A DNA stretch of 25,611 nucleotides, from positions 1-25,611 of the forward strand of contig JBEVNF010000072.1 of the NCBI GenBank assembly GCA_040508255.1, written 5' to 3'. This stretch comes from Flavitalea sp. Its GTDB lineage: Bacteria; Bacteroidota; Bacteroidia; Chitinophagales; Chitinophagaceae. This document shows positions 22,745-25,611 of this stretch, in pieces; position 1 is the first letter of the stretch; the number at the start of each line of letters is the position of its first letter. The notes under the pieces were generated by a model. That model saw only the letters and a list, made by a program, of their open reading frames with translations. It was not told where the DNA came from and did not search any database. The position numbers and the translations under genes were made by a program.

Positions 22745-24463
22745 TTAATAACCGGGATTTTGTTTGAATTGCGGCGATATGTTCAATACGCCCTGACCTA
22801 AAGGGTAAATCTTAGTGTGGTCATCGGCATCGGGGTTTTTATCCCACCAGGTACCGGAATTGAAAACTCCCCAACGAATCATGTCGGTTCTGCGACGTCC
22901 TTCAACCAGGAATTCGCGACCCCATTCATCAAGCATTTCAATATCTGTGAGCTGACTTCCGCTTGGATCATACAGGCTTGGAGAGCCTGCAGGATAATTG
23001 CGTTTACGCACAGTGTTGAGAAGCTCTGCAGCAGCGCCTTTATCACCAGCACGGTATTTACACTCAGCCAGTGAATAGTATACTTCTGCCATCCGGATTT
23101 CCGCATATGCAGAAGAAATTTTATTTGGATCATCGGAAGGATAATATGGATACTTAACCGGCCACACACCAGAATTCTGATCTGCGTTGTTCATATTGGA
23201 GGTTTTGTCTGCGGGGGATTGTCCCGGTGGCGTATATAAAAATTTTCCGACGGCATCTCTTGAATAAAGTGTATAGCCTCTTGTGCTTTTTACCGTATCT
23301 GTTCCACCGTTTGCATTAGGATAGGTCAGGTATCCATAAAGAAACATGCCTTCGCGCTTACTGTTTCCAATATTCTTGTATTTCACCAGTCTGAAATCAT
23401 CGGGATACTTTTGAAATTTCACAAACGGTTTACCCAAAGCAAATGGGTATTCAACGCTATCCACATCGCGACCTGGCTGCAAGGCATATCTTGGGTTCAT
23501 GCGTCCAAAATCTTTGAATCCGAAATAATCCACTGCATTATACGGGGCCATCCAGAAATACATACCAGCATCGTATTGCCAGTGAGTCAATGCAAAACTT
23601 CCGGGAAAACCATAGATAGTTTCAGGTGATGTACTGTTTGTATAATCAAACGGGGCATCCCATCTTGATTCAAGTGAATGTTGTCCATATTTTCCATCGA
23701 TGATCTCTTGTGCAATCGCGGCGCATTCATTAAACTTTGGTGTGCCTATATAAACTTCTGCATTCAGATAAAGGCGCATGAGTAAAGCCGCAGCGCCCGC
23801 TTTGGTCCAGCGACCTATTGCAGTTGCTCCTAAACTCTCGCGTGTTGGCAGACCTGGAATGGATTCAAGCAATTCTTTTTCAATGAAGGCAAATGTTTCA
23901 GCCGGTGTTGCCTGTGCAGGAGAAAGTTTTTCGCCTTTTACTTTGGTGATAATCGGAATGTTTCTATAAAGATCAAACAAACGCAGGTTGAACCAGGCAC
24001 GTAGGGTACGTAGTTCAGAAACGAAATCTGTTTTCTCAGCTTCAGTAATATTGAATTTTGCCGGATCAATTGCTTCAATGTCCTCAAGTGAGTTTGTTGA
24101 AAGATTTACTCCTGTAAATAATGCGTTCCACATGCTTGTTGTATAGCCATCCTGAATGGTCCACGTGTGATAATGAATTCGCTGATAGTTTCCGCCGTCA
24201 AACCAATCTCCCTCTCGGTTTGGCGTCATCAGTTCATCAGTTGGTAACTCCTGCGCATAATATAAACCATCACCCTGGATTGACCAATAAGCGTGTTCAA
24301 ATGCACGAAGGAAATCGCGAATAACATCCTCTCTCGTTTGAAGGAATGTTTCAGATGTGATCCGGTCATACAAAGTTTCGTCGAGTTTTGTACAGCTCCC
24401 CAGGAACAGTATAGTGAATACCGTTGCGATCCTTAGCCTGTTGTATTTATTGATAAGTTTCAT
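22745..24463 (-). CDS. RagB/SusD family outer-membrane lipoprotein
   Basis: Lipoprotein signal ILFLGS-C, ELRTLRAWFNLRLFDLY.NIPI, F.FIEKEL, LMRLYLNA, IRMAEVYYSLAEC, EWGREFLVEGRRRTDMIRWG, and terminal QNPGY. Confidence 0.95.
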   Translation of the reverse strand: MKLINKYNRLRIATVFTILFLGSCTKLDETLYDRITSETFLQTREDVIRDFLRAFEHAYWSIQGDGLYYAQELPTDELMTPNREGDWFDGGNYQRIHYHTWTIQDGYTTSMWNALFTGVNLSTNSLEDIEAIDPAKFNITEAEKTDFVSELRTLRAWFNLRLFDLYRNIPIITKVKGEKLSPAQATPAETFAFIEKELLESIPGLPTRESLGATAIGRWTKAGAAALLMRLYLNAEVYIGTPKFNECAAIAQEIIDGKYGQHSLESRWDAPFDYTNSTSPETIYGFPGSFALTHWQYDAGMYFWMAPYNAVDYFGFKDFGRMNPRYALQPGRDVDSVEYPFALGKPFVKFQKYPDDFRLVKYKNIGNSKREGMFLYGYLTYPNANGGTDTVKSTRGYTLYSRDAVGKFLYTPPGQSPADKTSNMNNADQNSGVWPVKYPYYPSDDPNKISSAYAEIRMAEVYYSLAECKYRAGDKGAAAELLNTVRKRNYPAGSPSLYDPSGSQLTDIEMLDEWGREFLVEGRRRTDMIRWGVFNSGTWWDKNPDADDHTKIYPLGQGVLNISPQFKQNPGY

Positions 24464-24480
24464 AAAGATTCTTGAGTAAG

Positions 24481-25611
24481 TTAGAAATTTAGTTGAAGTC
24501 CGATCAGTACCTGTAATGAAGATGGGTAATACGCCATCGATGCGTTGATACCTGGCGTAAGGCCGTTTACCTGAACGGACTCAGGGTCTCCACCTGTCCA
24601 TTTCGTAAATGTGTACAGATTTCTACCGGTAACGTATAGTCGCGCCGATTGCAGGTATTTTGAAGTTGATCTGTGAGTGTAACCAAATGTTACGTTGTCA
24701 ATTTTCACGAAATCCCCTTTTTCAAGAAAATAATCCGAAAGACTTGAATAGGTTGCAGCATTGGTAAGCTTAGCATATTTTCCATCACCGTAAGCCGATG
24801 TCAGCACGTTGGCTCCCGTTTGTGTGACCGGAGTACCTGCGTAAAATGCAACCGTATTGAACAAATCATAGCCGAAGGCGCCACGCAGGAACACATTGAG
24901 GTCAAAGTTTTTGTATGTGACTGTCTGACCAAAGCTCATCGTAAATTTGGGAAGACCATTACCTACGTATTGTTTGTCATCAATGGTTGCGGTATTGCCT
25001 GGTATCGGTTTACCATCTTTGTCATATACCAACAGTCTGCCGGCTGTATCCACACCTGCAGAACGCAGCATGAAAAAACTTCCGATACGTCTGCCTTCCT
25101 CAAGTCGTTGTGCTGTACCAGGACTTCCAGGTGCAGGCATTCCGACCTGATCAACAAATTTTTGTCCCTGGTAGGTATCATTCGAGAATGAAACAAACTT
25201 ATTACTGTTGGTTGCACCGGCAAAATTTACAGAATAGTTAACCTGGCGATCCCGGACCACATCCGCATTCAATTGAATCTCGAAGCCAGAGTTCTCCATT
25301 GTTCCAACGTTCGCGAATGTTGAACCCTGTACGTTCGGCGGGATTGGTACATTGTAACTCCCAAGAAGATCTTCATTTCTTCGTATGTAATAATTTAAAC
25401 TTCCGGCAATTCTGTTTTTGAATAACTGGAAGTCAAGGCCGAAGTTTAAGTTGATTGCTTTCTCCCAACGAAGATCGTAGTTGGTATTCTGACTCGGGCC
25501 CCAAACCTGATAACTGGTCCCACTATAAAGGAAATATCCGAAGCCGGAATAAGTATCAAGTGAAAGGTAGTTTCCGAAATCCTGGTTCCCGGTAACACCA
25601 TAATCAGCTCT
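24481..25611 (-). CDS. SusC/RagA family TonB-dependent transporter, C-terminal part (5' end outside the window)
   Basis: The frame is open from the window edge: RADYGVTGNQ...DLRWEKAINLNFGLDF...ANVGTMENSGFE. It continues to YFLEKGDFVKIDNVTFGY...LYVTGRNLYTFTKWTGGDPE...GLQLNF. The stop is 17 nt from the SusD-like start. Confidence 0.95.
   Translation of the reverse strand, partial: RADYGVTGNQDFGNYLSLDTYSGFGYFLYSGTSYQVWGPSQNTNYDLRWEKAINLNFGLDFQLFKNRIAGSLNYYIRRNEDLLGSYNVPIPPNVQGSTFANVGTMENSGFEIQLNADVVRDRQVNYSVNFAGATNSNKFVSFSNDTYQGQKFVDQVGMPAPGSPGTAQRLEEGRRIGSFFMLRSAGVDTAGRLLVYDKDGKPIPGNTATIDDKQYVGNGLPKFTMSFGQTVTYKNFDLNVFLRGAFGYDLFNTVAFYAGTPVTQTGANVLTSAYGDGKYAKLTNAATYSSLSDYFLEKGDFVKIDNVTFGYTHRSTSKYLQSARLYVTGRNLYTFTKWTGGDPESVQVNGLTPGINASMAYYPSSLQVLIGLQLNF

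Noticed and set aside
2-25223. The many 60-180 aa ORFs overlapping the main genes in other frames or antisense (e.g. 2..310, 2555..2971, 9244..9720, 10028..10540, 12826..13377, 20027..20485)
   Set aside because: They are shadows of well-supported genes, with no recognisable motifs and no independent promoter or terminator.
1-25611. Mobile elements, prophage, defence systems, tRNA or rRNA
   Set aside because: No transposase, integrase, phage, restriction or toxin motifs and no RNA-gene signatures were recognised by eye.

Overview
Bacteroidota DNA, with gene content and TAnnTTTG-type promoters suggesting Chitinophagaceae or a relative. Left part (1-9654, all + strand) is the distal end of a carbohydrate-utilisation locus: partial GH2, a secreted 'glutaminase A'-like DUF4964/DUF5127/DUF4965 protein with an inserted sugar-binding-type module, a lipoprotein aldose 1-epimerase, a LacI regulator, an uncharacterised secreted PHP-like metallohydrolase and a GH127/GH146 Cys/Zn glycosidase, closed by a terminator. 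The middle part is a patchwork of housekeeping and stress genes: cytoplasmic GH13 alpha-amylase, two stand-alone receiver proteins, a TPR-sensor histidine kinase, a 38-aa membrane microprotein missed by the ORF track, a YdeI/OmpD-associated protein, a stand-alone fabF, a DUF1772-like protein, a SusD-less TonB-dependent receptor, a neutral Zn peptidase and an SDR. The right end holds the 3' part of a SusC/SusD pair on the - strand. The best candidates for undescribed biology are (i) the furanoside-type locus with two enzymes of unassigned function and (ii) a GGA/UCC-repeat intergenic element at about 17220-17405 that looks like a small RNA gene. No CRISPR array, rRNA, tRNA, transposase or integrase was seen. 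All family assignments are by motif recognition from memory; no searches were run.
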